Under the pieces are notes generated by a model. It did not search any database, was not told where the DNA came from, and saw only the letters and a program-made list of their open reading frames with translations. The position numbers and the translations under genes are program-made. This document shows positions 10,745-20,774 of a stretch of 64,000 bases of DNA, one piece after another. Position 1 is the first letter of the stretch. Every line of letters starts with the position of its first letter. Source of the stretch: a virus (Duplodnaviria > Caudoviricetes); IMG/VR virus record IMGVR_UViG_3300030376_008307, positions 1-64,000 of that record, one strand, 5' to 3'.

Positions 10745-10790
10745 AAATGAAAAATAATAATATTTATAATAAAATAAAATAACATAAAAA

Positions 10791-11279
10791 ATGGCAGTAT
10801 TAGATCCCAACGAAATATTTTTCACAGCTTTTGAACCAAAAGTAGCTAATAGATTTATATTGTATGTTGATGGTATACCATCGTATATAATTAAAGGAGT
10901 TAGTGGAATGGGGTTCGCGCAGGATGAAATAGTATTAAATCATATAAACACTTATAGAAAAGTAAAAGGTAAATTAAGATGGAATGATTTAACAATGGAA
11001 TTATTTGATCCTATTACTCCTTCAGGAGCTCAAGCAGTAATGGAATGGACAAGATTACACCACGAATCAGTTACTGGTAGAGATGGTTATTCTGATTTTT
11101 ATAAAAAAGATTTAACTATTGATGTATTAGGTCCTGTAGGTGATGTAGTATCAGAGTGGATTATTAAAGGAGCATTTATTAAAGATGCTGCATTTGGTGA
11201 TATGAATTGGGATGATGACACTACTGTAATGAATATTTCACTAACAATAGGAATGGATTACTGCGTATTAAATTTCTAA
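10791..11279 (+). CDS. Tail tube protein (gp19-like)
   Basis: Follows the sheath gene; KGKLRWNDLT, YKKDLT and EWIIKGAF motifs. Confidence 0.88.
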   Translation: MAVLDPNEIFFTAFEPKVANRFILYVDGIPSYIIKGVSGMGFAQDEIVLNHINTYRKVKGKLRWNDLTMELFDPITPSGAQAVMEWTRLHHESVTGRDGYSDFYKKDLTIDVLGPVGDVVSEWIIKGAFIKDAAFGDMNWDDDTTVMNISLTIGMDYCVLNF

Positions 11280-11304
11280 AAGAAAATTTACATATTTTGC
11301 AATT

Positions 11305-11330
11305 AAGCTTGGCTTCGGTCAAGCTTTTTT
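11305..11330 (+). terminator. Intrinsic terminator after the tail tube gene
   Basis: AAGCTTGGC-TTCG-GTCAAGCTT followed by a T run. Confidence 0.85.
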
Positions 11331-11378
11331 GTATCGTACATATGTATAATAAAATTAAGTTATTAACAAATAAAAATT

Positions 11379-12128
11379 ATGGAAGAATATAAGTTCCCAA
11401 CAGAAATGGTAGATTTACCTTCAAAAGGATTAATTTACCCTAAATCTAACCCTCTATCTTCAGGACAAGTTGAAATGAAATACATGACAGCTAAAGAAGA
11501 AGATATATTAACAAATCAAAACTATATCAAAGATGGTTCAGTTCTTGATAGATTATTAAAAGCTTTAATTGTTAGTAAAGATGTTAGTTATGATGATTTA
11601 GTTGTAGGTGATAAAAATGCTATTATGGTAGCAGCTAGAATTTTAGGTTATGGAGCTGATTATACCTTTACATATAATAATGAAGAAATAACTGTAGATT
11701 TACAAGATTTAAAAACAATATCTTTAGATGAAGATAAAATGTTAGAAAAACATGTAAATAAATTTGAATATACTTTACCTCATTCTGAAACATTAATTCA
11801 ATTTAAATTACTATCTACTAAAGATGATAATGCAGTAAAAGCAGAGGTAAATGGTTTAAGAAAAATAGACAAAAAAGCTAGCCCTGAGTTATCAACACGT
11901 TTAAAACATATGATATTATCAGTAAATGGTAATACAGATAAATCAGAAATAAGAAAATTTGTTGATACCTATATGTTAGCAAGAGATTCAAGAGCACTTA
12001 GATCACACATTCAAACATTTCAACCAGACATTGATTTGAAATTTAACCATGAGAGTAGCGACGGCATTGAAAGGGAAGTCTCCCTTCCAATGACTGTCAA
12101 CTTTTTTTGGCCTGACGCCAATCTATAG
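11379..12128 (+). CDS. Baseplate hub assembly/tail assembly chaperone (gp26-like)
   Basis: LPSKGLIY and MTAKEEDIL motifs; ends NFFWP; lies between tube and tape measure genes. Confidence 0.75.
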   Translation: MEEYKFPTEMVDLPSKGLIYPKSNPLSSGQVEMKYMTAKEEDILTNQNYIKDGSVLDRLLKALIVSKDVSYDDLVVGDKNAIMVAARILGYGADYTFTYNNEEITVDLQDLKTISLDEDKMLEKHVNKFEYTLPHSETLIQFKLLSTKDDNAVKAEVNGLRKIDKKASPELSTRLKHMILSVNGNTDKSEIRKFVDTYMLARDSRALRSHIQTFQPDIDLKFNHESSDGIEREVSLPMTVNFFWPDANL

Positions 12129-12423
12129 AGTAAACTTATTTAAAACCATCAATAGTATAGTATATTTTGGTGGTGGGGGGTATGATTGGCATACAATATA
12201 TAATATGCCTATATGGTTACGTAGGTTTACATATCAAGAAATTGTAGAAATTAGAAATGCACAACAAGAAGCTAACAATGCTGCTATAAAGAAGAATAAA
12301 AAAGGAAATAGCATAGATTTAGCTAATCCTAATAAAGCAAATATTCCAAAACAAGCTTTTTCCCCACCCACAACAAAATCTAAATCCCCTCCTACCTATA
12401 TTACAAAGGCATCAAAGAAATGA
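12103..12423 (+). CDS. Probable frameshift extension of the upstream chaperone (G-T-like product)
   Basis: Frame 1 is open from 12094 (FFGLTPIYRVNLF...GGGGYDWHTIYNMPIWLRRF) with no ATG until 12205; it overlaps a T7 run at 12102-12108. Confidence 0.65.
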   Translation, partial: FFGLTPIYRVNLFKTINSIVYFGGGGYDWHTIYNMPIWLRRFTYQEIVEIRNAQQEANNAAIKKNKKGNSIDLANPNKANIPKQAFSPPTTKSKSPPTYITKASKK

Positions 12424-12430
12424 TGCCTTT
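12405..12430 (+). terminator. Hairpin/terminator at end of the chaperone extension
   Basis: AAAGGCATCA-aagaaa-TGATGCCTTT perfect 10-bp stem. Confidence 0.6.
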
Positions 12431-12455
12431 CAATATTTATAATAAAACCTAATCA

Positions 12456-14870
12456 ATGGCCGACGGAGAAAAGTTTAAAAAAAATATGCAGGAAGGTGCT
12501 AAGGCCACCAAGGATGCATCTAAGGCATCTGAAACATTAAAAGAAAATATTAAAGATGTTTTATTTTTCAGTAGGGACTATGCAGATGAAGCTAAAAAAC
12601 TAGCAAAAGAAGTAATGGGTGGCTCTATAGCCGCATCTGAAACAGCTAAAGCATTTAGAGATGTAGCATCAGCAGCTAAAGATATAACAGACAATTATGC
12701 TGATGTTTTAACAGGTGAAAAAAAATTCCAAGATTTAGTAAAAGAAAGAGAAAAATTAAATAAGGCCCAAAAAGGTTTTAATACTGAATTTGAGCAGTTT
12801 TTAGGTACTTTAGCATTAAATCAGGATGAAATTAATTCAATTATAAGAGATGGAGCTTCAGCATTTGAAGTAGTTGCTTCATCTGGTGCTGATTTAACAA
12901 ACACACAATATGATTTATTAGATTTATTTGAAGAACAAAATGCTCAACTTTCTGATGAAGCTGATAATATGAAAGAAATTGCTAAAAGAGCTGAAACTAT
13001 AGACGCTGCAATGCGACCTTTAGGAAAAAGTGCTTTAGCATTATCAGATATAGGTGAGGGATTAACACAAGGATTAAGTAAAGCAGGTTTAGGAGGAGTA
13101 GCAGATAAATTAGGACTAGGTGATGCCGTAGATGATGCAAGACAATATGCAGCTGAATTAACTAAAGGAGGAGAAATGCCTCTTAAGTTTGGAGGTAAAA
13201 TGAAAGTTGCAGGAAAGGCTGTTGGGGGTATGGTTAAAAACTTAATGAAAGGATTAGGACCTATAGGTCTTATTGCATTAGCAGTTGATCAAATAGTTCA
13301 AGCTTTTCAATTAGTTGATGGACAATCTAAAGAAATAGCCCAGAATTTAGGTGTATCAGTTAAAGAAGGTAGAGCTCAAGTAGTAGCTGCTAAAGAAGCA
13401 GCTGACGCTAGTGGAGATCTTTTAGTTAGTACAAAAGATGTAGTTTCTGCTCAAATGTCATTAAATAGCTTATTAGGAACAGCAGTTCAATTCTCAGGAG
13501 AATTTGCAGCTGAATTTGCTTCAATTTCAGAAAGAACAGGATTATCAGAAAAAGCAATGGCAAAATTTGCTACAAAAGCAATGATAGCAGATGGTACTAT
13601 TAAATCTCAACTTGTAAAAGTAGCAGAAGTAACACAAGAAATGAATGCCCAAAATGGTATATCTCTTAGTATGAAAGATATACAAGAAGGAATTGCAACT
13701 ATATCAAATGCTAATGCTTTATCTGCTAAAAATAATACTAAAGAGTTAACAAGACAAGTATTTCAAGCTAAACTTTTAGGTCTTGAACAAGGAAAAATAA
13801 ATGACATAGCAGATAGTTTATTAGATTTTGAATCTTCAATTCAAAAAGAAATGGAGGCTGAATTATTAATAGGTAAACAACTTAATCTAGAAAAAGCAAG
13901 AGAAGCAGCATTAATGAATGATATGACTGCTGTAGCAGCAGAATTAGCAAAGCAAGGGATTACAGCATCAGAATTTGGTAATATGAATCGTATTCAACAA
14001 GAAGCAACAGCAGCAGCTATGGGTATGAGTAGAGATGAAATGGGTGATATGTTAATGAATCAAGAAAAAATAGCTTCATTACAAAAGAAATTTGGAAAAG
14101 ATATTAAATCTGTTTCTGAAGTTCAAGCAAAGTATAATAAAATGTTAAAAGAAGGTACTTTGACTGAACAAATGAAAAAAGACTTAGCTGAAGAAGGAAT
14201 TTTACAACAAATGGAATCTGCAAATGCCCAGGATAAATTAAATGCTGCAATGGAAAAAATGCAAGATTTATTTGTGGGTATTGTTACCCCTTTAATGCCT
14301 TTAATAGATTCAATAATGAAATTGTTAGATCCTGTATTTAAAATACTACAACCTATTTTTAAATTAATTGGTATATTAAATGATTTAATTCTTACTACAT
14401 TAGAACCTCTTATAGATAGTATATTAGCTATGTTTGAGGGGTTAGAACAAACTATTACTTCAGCAATAAATTTAGATTTTTCAGGAATGTTGGATGGGTT
14501 AAAAAGTGTAGGAAAGGGAATTATTGATTTTGTTTTATCACCATTTGATGGTGTAATAAAATTAATAAATCGAATTCCAGGAGTAGATCTCCTTGGGGGT
14601 AAAACAATAACCGAGGCAGTAGGATTAGCAGATGGAGGTATTGTAACTAAACCTACTATGGCTATGATAGGTGAAGGAGGTGAATCTGAAGCAGTTATTC
14701 CATTAAGTAAATTAAACCAAGTTACAGGAAATAGTAGAAAAAATGATATGGCTGAAACAAATAGACTATTAAAAACTTTAATAGAAGCCGTAAATAGTGG
14801 AGGTGATGTTTATATGGATGGAAACAAAGTAGGTAAATCATTAGCATTAGCAACTTCCAATATGGGATAA
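12456..14870 (+). CDS. Tape measure protein
   Basis: 804 aa, helical and Ala-rich; C-terminal LADGGIV...GEGGESEAVIPL; follows the chaperone genes. Confidence 0.85.
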   Translation: MADGEKFKKNMQEGAKATKDASKASETLKENIKDVLFFSRDYADEAKKLAKEVMGGSIAASETAKAFRDVASAAKDITDNYADVLTGEKKFQDLVKEREKLNKAQKGFNTEFEQFLGTLALNQDEINSIIRDGASAFEVVASSGADLTNTQYDLLDLFEEQNAQLSDEADNMKEIAKRAETIDAAMRPLGKSALALSDIGEGLTQGLSKAGLGGVADKLGLGDAVDDARQYAAELTKGGEMPLKFGGKMKVAGKAVGGMVKNLMKGLGPIGLIALAVDQIVQAFQLVDGQSKEIAQNLGVSVKEGRAQVVAAKEAADASGDLLVSTKDVVSAQMSLNSLLGTAVQFSGEFAAEFASISERTGLSEKAMAKFATKAMIADGTIKSQLVKVAEVTQEMNAQNGISLSMKDIQEGIATISNANALSAKNNTKELTRQVFQAKLLGLEQGKINDIADSLLDFESSIQKEMEAELLIGKQLNLEKAREAALMNDMTAVAAELAKQGITASEFGNMNRIQQEATAAAMGMSRDEMGDMLMNQEKIASLQKKFGKDIKSVSEVQAKYNKMLKEGTLTEQMKKDLAEEGILQQMESANAQDKLNAAMEKMQDLFVGIVTPLMPLIDSIMKLLDPVFKILQPIFKLIGILNDLILTTLEPLIDSILAMFEGLEQTITSAINLDFSGMLDGLKSVGKGIIDFVLSPFDGVIKLINRIPGVDLLGGKTITEAVGLADGGIVTKPTMAMIGEGGESEAVIPLSKLNQVTGNSRKNDMAETNRLLKTLIEAVNSGGDVYMDGNKVGKSLALATSNMG

Positions 14871-14908
14871 TATTTATAATAAATAATTAATTAATAAAAT
14901 TTAATAAA

Positions 14909-15154
14909 ATGGAAAATTCACTAATAAATAAATTAGAAAAAGATGGTTCACCTTTATCAAAAGACAATGGTGCAACACCATCTACACCTGATTTTGCAAC
15001 CTCAACATTACATTTTGAGTATTCTTTAGATACAAATCCTGATAAATTATCAGTAAGACCACGTAATGGAGATTTACCTAACGCTACTGGATTAGCCACA
15101 GGTGATAGTGTTGCAAAGTATAAAGATAATTTACCTGCAGGAGCATCTTGCTAA
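14909..15154 (+). CDS. Small hypothetical (tail-associated) protein
   Basis: 81-aa ORF behind the late-type motif. Confidence 0.55.
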   Translation: MENSLINKLEKDGSPLSKDNGATPSTPDFATSTLHFEYSLDTNPDKLSVRPRNGDLPNATGLATGDSVAKYKDNLPAGASC

Positions 15155-15165
15155 AATAATATTGT

Positions 15166-17061
15166 ATGTCTTATACCCAAACACCTGCATCTAAGGGTCG
15201 TCTAATTAATTTAAAAACAAATCTAAAAAATTTAAGATTTGGTGGGGACAGACCTGCTTCAGGAACAAGTAATCAACCTTATGAAGTAGTAGATATACCA
15301 TCAGGAACAGGATATTTAAGAGATGGTATGCCTCTTCAATCAGGTCCTGATTTTATATTAAGAGATGGTTTTTTAGCTCCCTTAAAAGCACTTAAAGATG
15401 TAAGTAGGTTAGCTAAAATGTTTATTGATACTAAATCACCTAGAGGTTTATTTTTTACTCTAAAAGAAAATTTATTATCAAGAACAAGTGTAAAAACTCA
15501 AGCATCATTTGGGGCAGGTTATTTGGGGGGAGCTATGAATCAAGGTGCTTACTTACCTTTAGGAACATTACTTCAAGCAGGCTTTAATTGGGCAGGAGCT
15601 CATTTAAATAAATTTGGGTTAAATCCTGTAGGATCATTAGGTGGTCCTGCTGGGGCAAATAGAAATGCTAGAGGTGGAGCAGGTGCATTAAATCCTTATT
15701 CTGTAGTAGTACGAAATGACCAAGAAGAAGATGCTAATAGATTAGTATTATTAGATAATTTTGTATCAAAAGGAACAAATAACTCAAAAATAGACTTAGC
15801 AGCAGCTATTAACCCTATAGCAAAATATAATTATAATCCTGATGCCACCATATCAAACCCAGATACACCTATATTATATTCATATTCAGGAGGACCAGGT
15901 TCTATATTAGGGGTTGGTAAAACAAATATATTTAAAGAACGTCCTACATATAATGCTATAAGAAATTATAAAAATTTATCTTCAGCTTATCCCAATTATA
16001 GTGGAGTTCAACCTTCAGGTCTTTCTACTTTATTACATGGTGATATATTTAGAATATATTCCAATGAAGAATTAATAACTCGTAGAGGATTATATCCTCA
16101 AAGTTTTATGAATTTTGTTATTAATTCTGAAGTAGAATTTGATGACACTGGGGGAAATAAAGTAGTATCTAAAATCATCCATAAAGCACCAGATTATACA
16201 AAACAAAATAAAGCTGTAAGAACAGGAATGGGAGATCCTGGACAACATATAACTTATGCTGTTGATGGTATAAATAAAGAAAGAAATGTATTTGATTATA
16301 GTATATCTGGGGTTGAAATGGAAGCTTTAGATAAAATAACAGCTTTAAAAATGTACGAAGCTGAGTCTGCTAATGTTAATTTACCTATTAATGATTTGTG
16401 TAAATTTAGAATTGCAATAATTAATAATGGTCCAAATGAAGGCAGAAGAGCAACATATTTACATTTTAGAGCTTATATAAATGGTTTTACAGATAATTAT
16501 GCTGCTACTTGGAATGATGTGCAATATGTAGGTAGGGGTAATGTATTTAAAAATTATAGTGGATTTACTAGAGACATAACAATGGGTTTTACTATAATGG
16601 CAACTTCAAAAGCTGAGTTAATTCCTATGTTTGCTAAACTTAATTTATTAGCTTCATCCCTAGCCCCTGATTACACATCAGCAGGATTTATGAGAGGAAA
16701 TATGGTTAGAATGACTGTAGGAGGTTATTTATATGAAGTACCAGGGGTATTAACTTCACTAACTTATAATATTCCGGATGATACTACATGGGAAATAGCA
16801 ATTGATACAGAAGGTAAACCAGATCCATCAGTTAAAGAATTACCTCATAGAATAGAGGTTACTTTAGCTTTTACTCCAGTAGAAGATTTCTTACCTTCAC
16901 GACAAAAATTAGTATATAATGAAAACGGTGAATTATCAGCAGAAGCAGAAATGGGACCACAACGATTTATAAGTATGAATAATGGAAAAAATAATAATTA
17001 CTCAGGAGATTTTGGTTTATCAAAATATTCACAACCAATAAAAACACAATCAGATGAATAG
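15166..17061 (+). CDS. Baseplate/tail-tube-initiator-like protein
   Basis: C-terminal FRAYI..FTDNY.A.W...YVGRG...Y.GFTRDI..GF tube-like domain. Confidence 0.6.
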   Translation: MSYTQTPASKGRLINLKTNLKNLRFGGDRPASGTSNQPYEVVDIPSGTGYLRDGMPLQSGPDFILRDGFLAPLKALKDVSRLAKMFIDTKSPRGLFFTLKENLLSRTSVKTQASFGAGYLGGAMNQGAYLPLGTLLQAGFNWAGAHLNKFGLNPVGSLGGPAGANRNARGGAGALNPYSVVVRNDQEEDANRLVLLDNFVSKGTNNSKIDLAAAINPIAKYNYNPDATISNPDTPILYSYSGGPGSILGVGKTNIFKERPTYNAIRNYKNLSSAYPNYSGVQPSGLSTLLHGDIFRIYSNEELITRRGLYPQSFMNFVINSEVEFDDTGGNKVVSKIIHKAPDYTKQNKAVRTGMGDPGQHITYAVDGINKERNVFDYSISGVEMEALDKITALKMYEAESANVNLPINDLCKFRIAIINNGPNEGRRATYLHFRAYINGFTDNYAATWNDVQYVGRGNVFKNYSGFTRDITMGFTIMATSKAELIPMFAKLNLLASSLAPDYTSAGFMRGNMVRMTVGGYLYEVPGVLTSLTYNIPDDTTWEIAIDTEGKPDPSVKELPHRIEVTLAFTPVEDFLPSRQKLVYNENGELSAEAEMGPQRFISMNNGKNNNYSGDFGLSKYSQPIKTQSDE

Positions 17062-17377
17062 ATATGCTGAACTTCCAATACGTAATACTTCTGATATAAA
17101 TAACTTAAGAAATAAAAGAATAAGTTATAAAGATATATCTCAATACCCCCTTGTTTCTCAAAGTGAAAGTGACATATATGTTATAACAGAATTTGGAGAT
17201 AGGTTTGATAGTTTAGCATTTCAATTTTATGGTGATGTAACTTTATGGTGGATAATTGCTATTGCTAATCCTAATATTGTAGATTTTTCTTCAATTTTTC
17301 TTCCTATAGGTTCTCAAATTAGAATACCACAAAACATTTCACCTATAATAGATAGTTATAATGAATTAAATATATAA
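17054..17377 (+). CDS. LysM-like baseplate wedge protein (gp53-like)
   Basis: GDRFDSLAFQFYGDVTLWWIIAIAN...IRIP. Confidence 0.8.
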   Translation: MNRYAELPIRNTSDINNLRNKRISYKDISQYPLVSQSESDIYVITEFGDRFDSLAFQFYGDVTLWWIIAIANPNIVDFSSIFLPIGSQIRIPQNISPIIDSYNELNI

Positions 17378-17381
17378 AGTT

Positions 17382-20300
17382 ATGGGTAATATTATTGGAG
17401 ATCCATTTGATGATTTTGTAAAAAGACAAATAGAAACTAGACAAAAAGCTCTAGGTCAATCCTCAAATATATCATCTGACGTTTTAAAATATTATACAGT
17501 TAAGACACCTTGGTTAAGATTAGCTAGTTCAGTTAATTTAAGTGGTGAAGAAGGAGATGGTAGTGTATTAGATAAATTAATTAGAGCAGGTGTTCCTGAG
17601 GATCTTATAAGAGACGATAAATTAGCTAAAAACTTTATACTTCAAGGAGGATCACTTTCTTTAACAGAAGAAGAAGATGAAGAAGGAAAAATAATATCAT
17701 CAAAAATAAAGCTTCACAAAGGATTAAATTATAATAATGAAATATTTGATGGGGCTTATGGTTGGGGAGGTATAAATGAAAGAGGTTTTGTTCCTATGCC
17801 CGGTATTGAATCTGCTAACTCTACTTATTATAATAATGGAGCTTTAAGTCAATCTACTATTAATATAAAATGCTATAGTAAAGCCCAATTTCAATTAATA
17901 GATGCTTTATATTTAAGACCAGGATATACCTTATTATTAGAATTTGGTTGGTCTACATATTTAAACTCAAATCCTGATACTAACAGAGATGGGGTTATAG
18001 ACGGTTCAGATTTAGCAATAGATTCTTTACAAACTTTTGATGGTTTTAAATCTAAACCTTTACAATTTTTATTAAAACCTAATACAAAAAATTCAAATGG
18101 AACCCAATTTGAAATGTTAAATCTTATATCAAATGAAAGAAAAAAATATTCTGGAAATTATGAAGCTATTTATGGTAAAATAACTAACTTCAAGTGGTCT
18201 TTTAGTACAGATGGTTCTTATACTTGTGAGGTAAAATTAATAGGAATGGGGAATGTAATTGAGTCCCTAAAGTTAAATGTAACTGATCCTAAAAAAAATA
18301 ACCAATCTAAAAATGACATTGCTCCAATAGAAGATGTTCCAACATTTGATGATTTTATATCAGAATATGCAGGAGAAACAATAGCTGCTTATATTAAAAT
18401 AGCAGGAGATGATGAATATCCAATACCATCTAATGCCCCAGTAACTATAAAAAGAGAATACAGAAAGGTATTTAAAGATTCAGGAGTAATAAATAGACGA
18501 AAAGGAGCTGTTATAAATTTTTTACGTCCTTTATATAATCAAAGAATAGAAGATCAAAAAACTTTAAACCAAGAAAATAATAACAGTGACCCCCTATTAG
18601 CTAATAAAGATGATACTAAATTAAATAAGATATTTTATACCATTTCACAAATGATACAAAATAGATTTTCAGGAGCAGCTGGAGGACAATTTTTACAACA
18701 ACAAGGTATTTCTAACGGAGCTTTTTTACTAGATGGAACTTTTAATGATAAAAAAGAATTTGGTGGTGGGGAAAAAATTGAAAAAAGTGTCTATATAAAA
18801 TTTGCAGTTTTATTAAGGATTATTGAAAAAAATTGTAATTTATTTTCTAAAAAAGGAGGGGGTACTCCAATGGTAAAATTTGATTTTAATTATGCTAATA
18901 TGAAAAATGATCAAAATTTTATGTTTATTTGTCCTCCTAACATTTCAACAAACCCTCAAAAATGTTTAGTGGCATATAATAAAATGTCAATACCTTCAAT
19001 ATTCAAATATGACAATGATATTTCTATAGATGCACCCTTAAATAAAGTATTAAATGCTGAACAAGGATTTTTAGTAGAAGACAATCCATATGTAGGAAAA
19101 CTAGGTAACGTTTTAATAAATTTAAGATTTGCATCACAAGCAATTGCTGAATCTACTAAAGATGATGATGGTGCTATATCTGTTTTATCTTATGTAAAAA
19201 CTATACTACAAGGAATAAATGAATCTATGGGTAATTTAAATGATTTTTTTGTTACCTATGATGAAGGTTCAGGTACTATAAAAATTTATGATAGAACCCC
19301 CAAACCAAACTTAATTGAATCAATTCCTGAAGAATATTCAAAATTAAATCTTTTTGGAGTAAGACAAGATCAAGGTTCATTTATTACCAATATTAATTTA
19401 GATGCAGAAATTCCTAAAAATTTTGCTACAATGATAGCAATAGGTGCTCAAGCATCAGGAAATAATCTTATGGGTAACGCAGCATCTTTTTCAAATTATA
19501 ATAAAGGTTTAATTGATAGGATTATACCTGAAAAAATAGATTATGATACTATAAAAAAGAAAGAAGATAAACCTAACCCTATAGAACAGGCTAAAACAAT
19601 AAAAGAAGAAAAAATATTTAAATCTAAAGAATTAGGGGATTTACCTTTAAAAGAAATGTATAAATTTGGAGGTAAAGAAAATGGTGATAATTATGATAAA
19701 TATAATTTTTCTGAAAAAGTAATAAATGATCTATCAGAAAATTATACATCTTACATTAAATTAGTTCATGGGGTATTAGCTGAAGCTGATCAAATACCTT
19801 CTCCATTTTTCTTACCTTTTAATCTAAGTTTAGAAATGGAGGGCTTATCAGGAATGAAATTATTTGAAAAATTTAGAATAACTGATGATATTTTACCCCC
19901 ATCATACGAAAAAGATAGTGTTGATATTATTGTAAAAGGTATTAACCATTCTGTTGATGTTCAAAAATGGTCAACTACTCTTGATACCCAATCTGTACCT
20001 AGATTTAAACCCCTAATAGTTGAACCTAATAATGAAGTAGCTACAGAACAAAAATCTGAAAAACAACAAAAATTAGCTGCTGCTGCTGAAGAACCAGCAC
20101 CAACAGATCCTAATGAAGATCAAATTACAAGATTAAGATTAACTAGATTAGTTGATAATGGTTATCAAACTTTAGGTATAATGGAAGTATTAGATGAAAA
20201 TGGTAATACTTTATATGCATTGCCAACATGTGAATTACAATGGAATGATAATAGGAATAATGCAAGTTGTATACCTACAGGAACTTATACTATTGCTTCG

Positions 20301-20774
20301 AGATACTCAGAAAGATATAAAAACCATTTTATTGTAGCTAATCAAAGTAATGATTATAAAAAAATAATTGATGATGGAGGACCAATAACAGGAGCAAATG
20401 AAAAAAATAGAACTGACGTATTAATTCATGAAGCCTCATCGGCACAACAAAATTCAGGACCTTGGTTGCTTGGGTGTATAGCCCCGGGATTTAAATTTAA
20501 CACTAATCAAGGAGATAAAGTTAATGGCAATCCTAGAGGAATTGGACCTCAATATGGTAATATTAAATCACCATCAGGTCAACAATCAATTGAAGCAAAA
20601 CTTAAATTAGTAGGAAGTTTATGGAATACGGGTAAAAATCCAATGTTTAAAATGGAAGTTAAAGCTTTAGGGGGTGTTATTAAACCCATAGAAACTAATT
20701 TTTACTCATTTAGTGTTAATTCTGAAATTAGAAGAATTGAAAATATAACAGGAGAAAAATATACTTACTCATAA
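17382..20774 (+). CDS. Baseplate hub protein with C-terminal DUF5675-like putative peptidoglycan-acting domain
   Basis: N-terminal PMPGI, LRPGYTLLLEFGWS hub motifs. C-terminal TLG..., SCIPTGTY, LIH..., GCIAPG. Confidence 0.65.
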   Translation: MGNIIGDPFDDFVKRQIETRQKALGQSSNISSDVLKYYTVKTPWLRLASSVNLSGEEGDGSVLDKLIRAGVPEDLIRDDKLAKNFILQGGSLSLTEEEDEEGKIISSKIKLHKGLNYNNEIFDGAYGWGGINERGFVPMPGIESANSTYYNNGALSQSTINIKCYSKAQFQLIDALYLRPGYTLLLEFGWSTYLNSNPDTNRDGVIDGSDLAIDSLQTFDGFKSKPLQFLLKPNTKNSNGTQFEMLNLISNERKKYSGNYEAIYGKITNFKWSFSTDGSYTCEVKLIGMGNVIESLKLNVTDPKKNNQSKNDIAPIEDVPTFDDFISEYAGETIAAYIKIAGDDEYPIPSNAPVTIKREYRKVFKDSGVINRRKGAVINFLRPLYNQRIEDQKTLNQENNNSDPLLANKDDTKLNKIFYTISQMIQNRFSGAAGGQFLQQQGISNGAFLLDGTFNDKKEFGGGEKIEKSVYIKFAVLLRIIEKNCNLFSKKGGGTPMVKFDFNYANMKNDQNFMFICPPNISTNPQKCLVAYNKMSIPSIFKYDNDISIDAPLNKVLNAEQGFLVEDNPYVGKLGNVLINLRFASQAIAESTKDDDGAISVLSYVKTILQGINESMGNLNDFFVTYDEGSGTIKIYDRTPKPNLIESIPEEYSKLNLFGVRQDQGSFITNINLDAEIPKNFATMIAIGAQASGNNLMGNAASFSNYNKGLIDRIIPEKIDYDTIKKKEDKPNPIEQAKTIKEEKIFKSKELGDLPLKEMYKFGGKENGDNYDKYNFSEKVINDLSENYTSYIKLVHGVLAEADQIPSPFFLPFNLSLEMEGLSGMKLFEKFRITDDILPPSYEKDSVDIIVKGINHSVDVQKWSTTLDTQSVPRFKPLIVEPNNEVATEQKSEKQQKLAAAAEEPAPTDPNEDQITRLRLTRLVDNGYQTLGIMEVLDENGNTLYALPTCELQWNDNRNNASCIPTGTYTIASRYSERYKNHFIVANQSNDYKKIIDDGGPITGANEKNRTDVLIHEASSAQQNSGPWLLGCIAPGFKFNTNQGDKVNGNPRGIGPQYGNIKSPSGQQSIEAKLKLVGSLWNTGKNPMFKMEVKALGGVIKPIETNFYSFSVNSEIRRIENITGEKYTYS

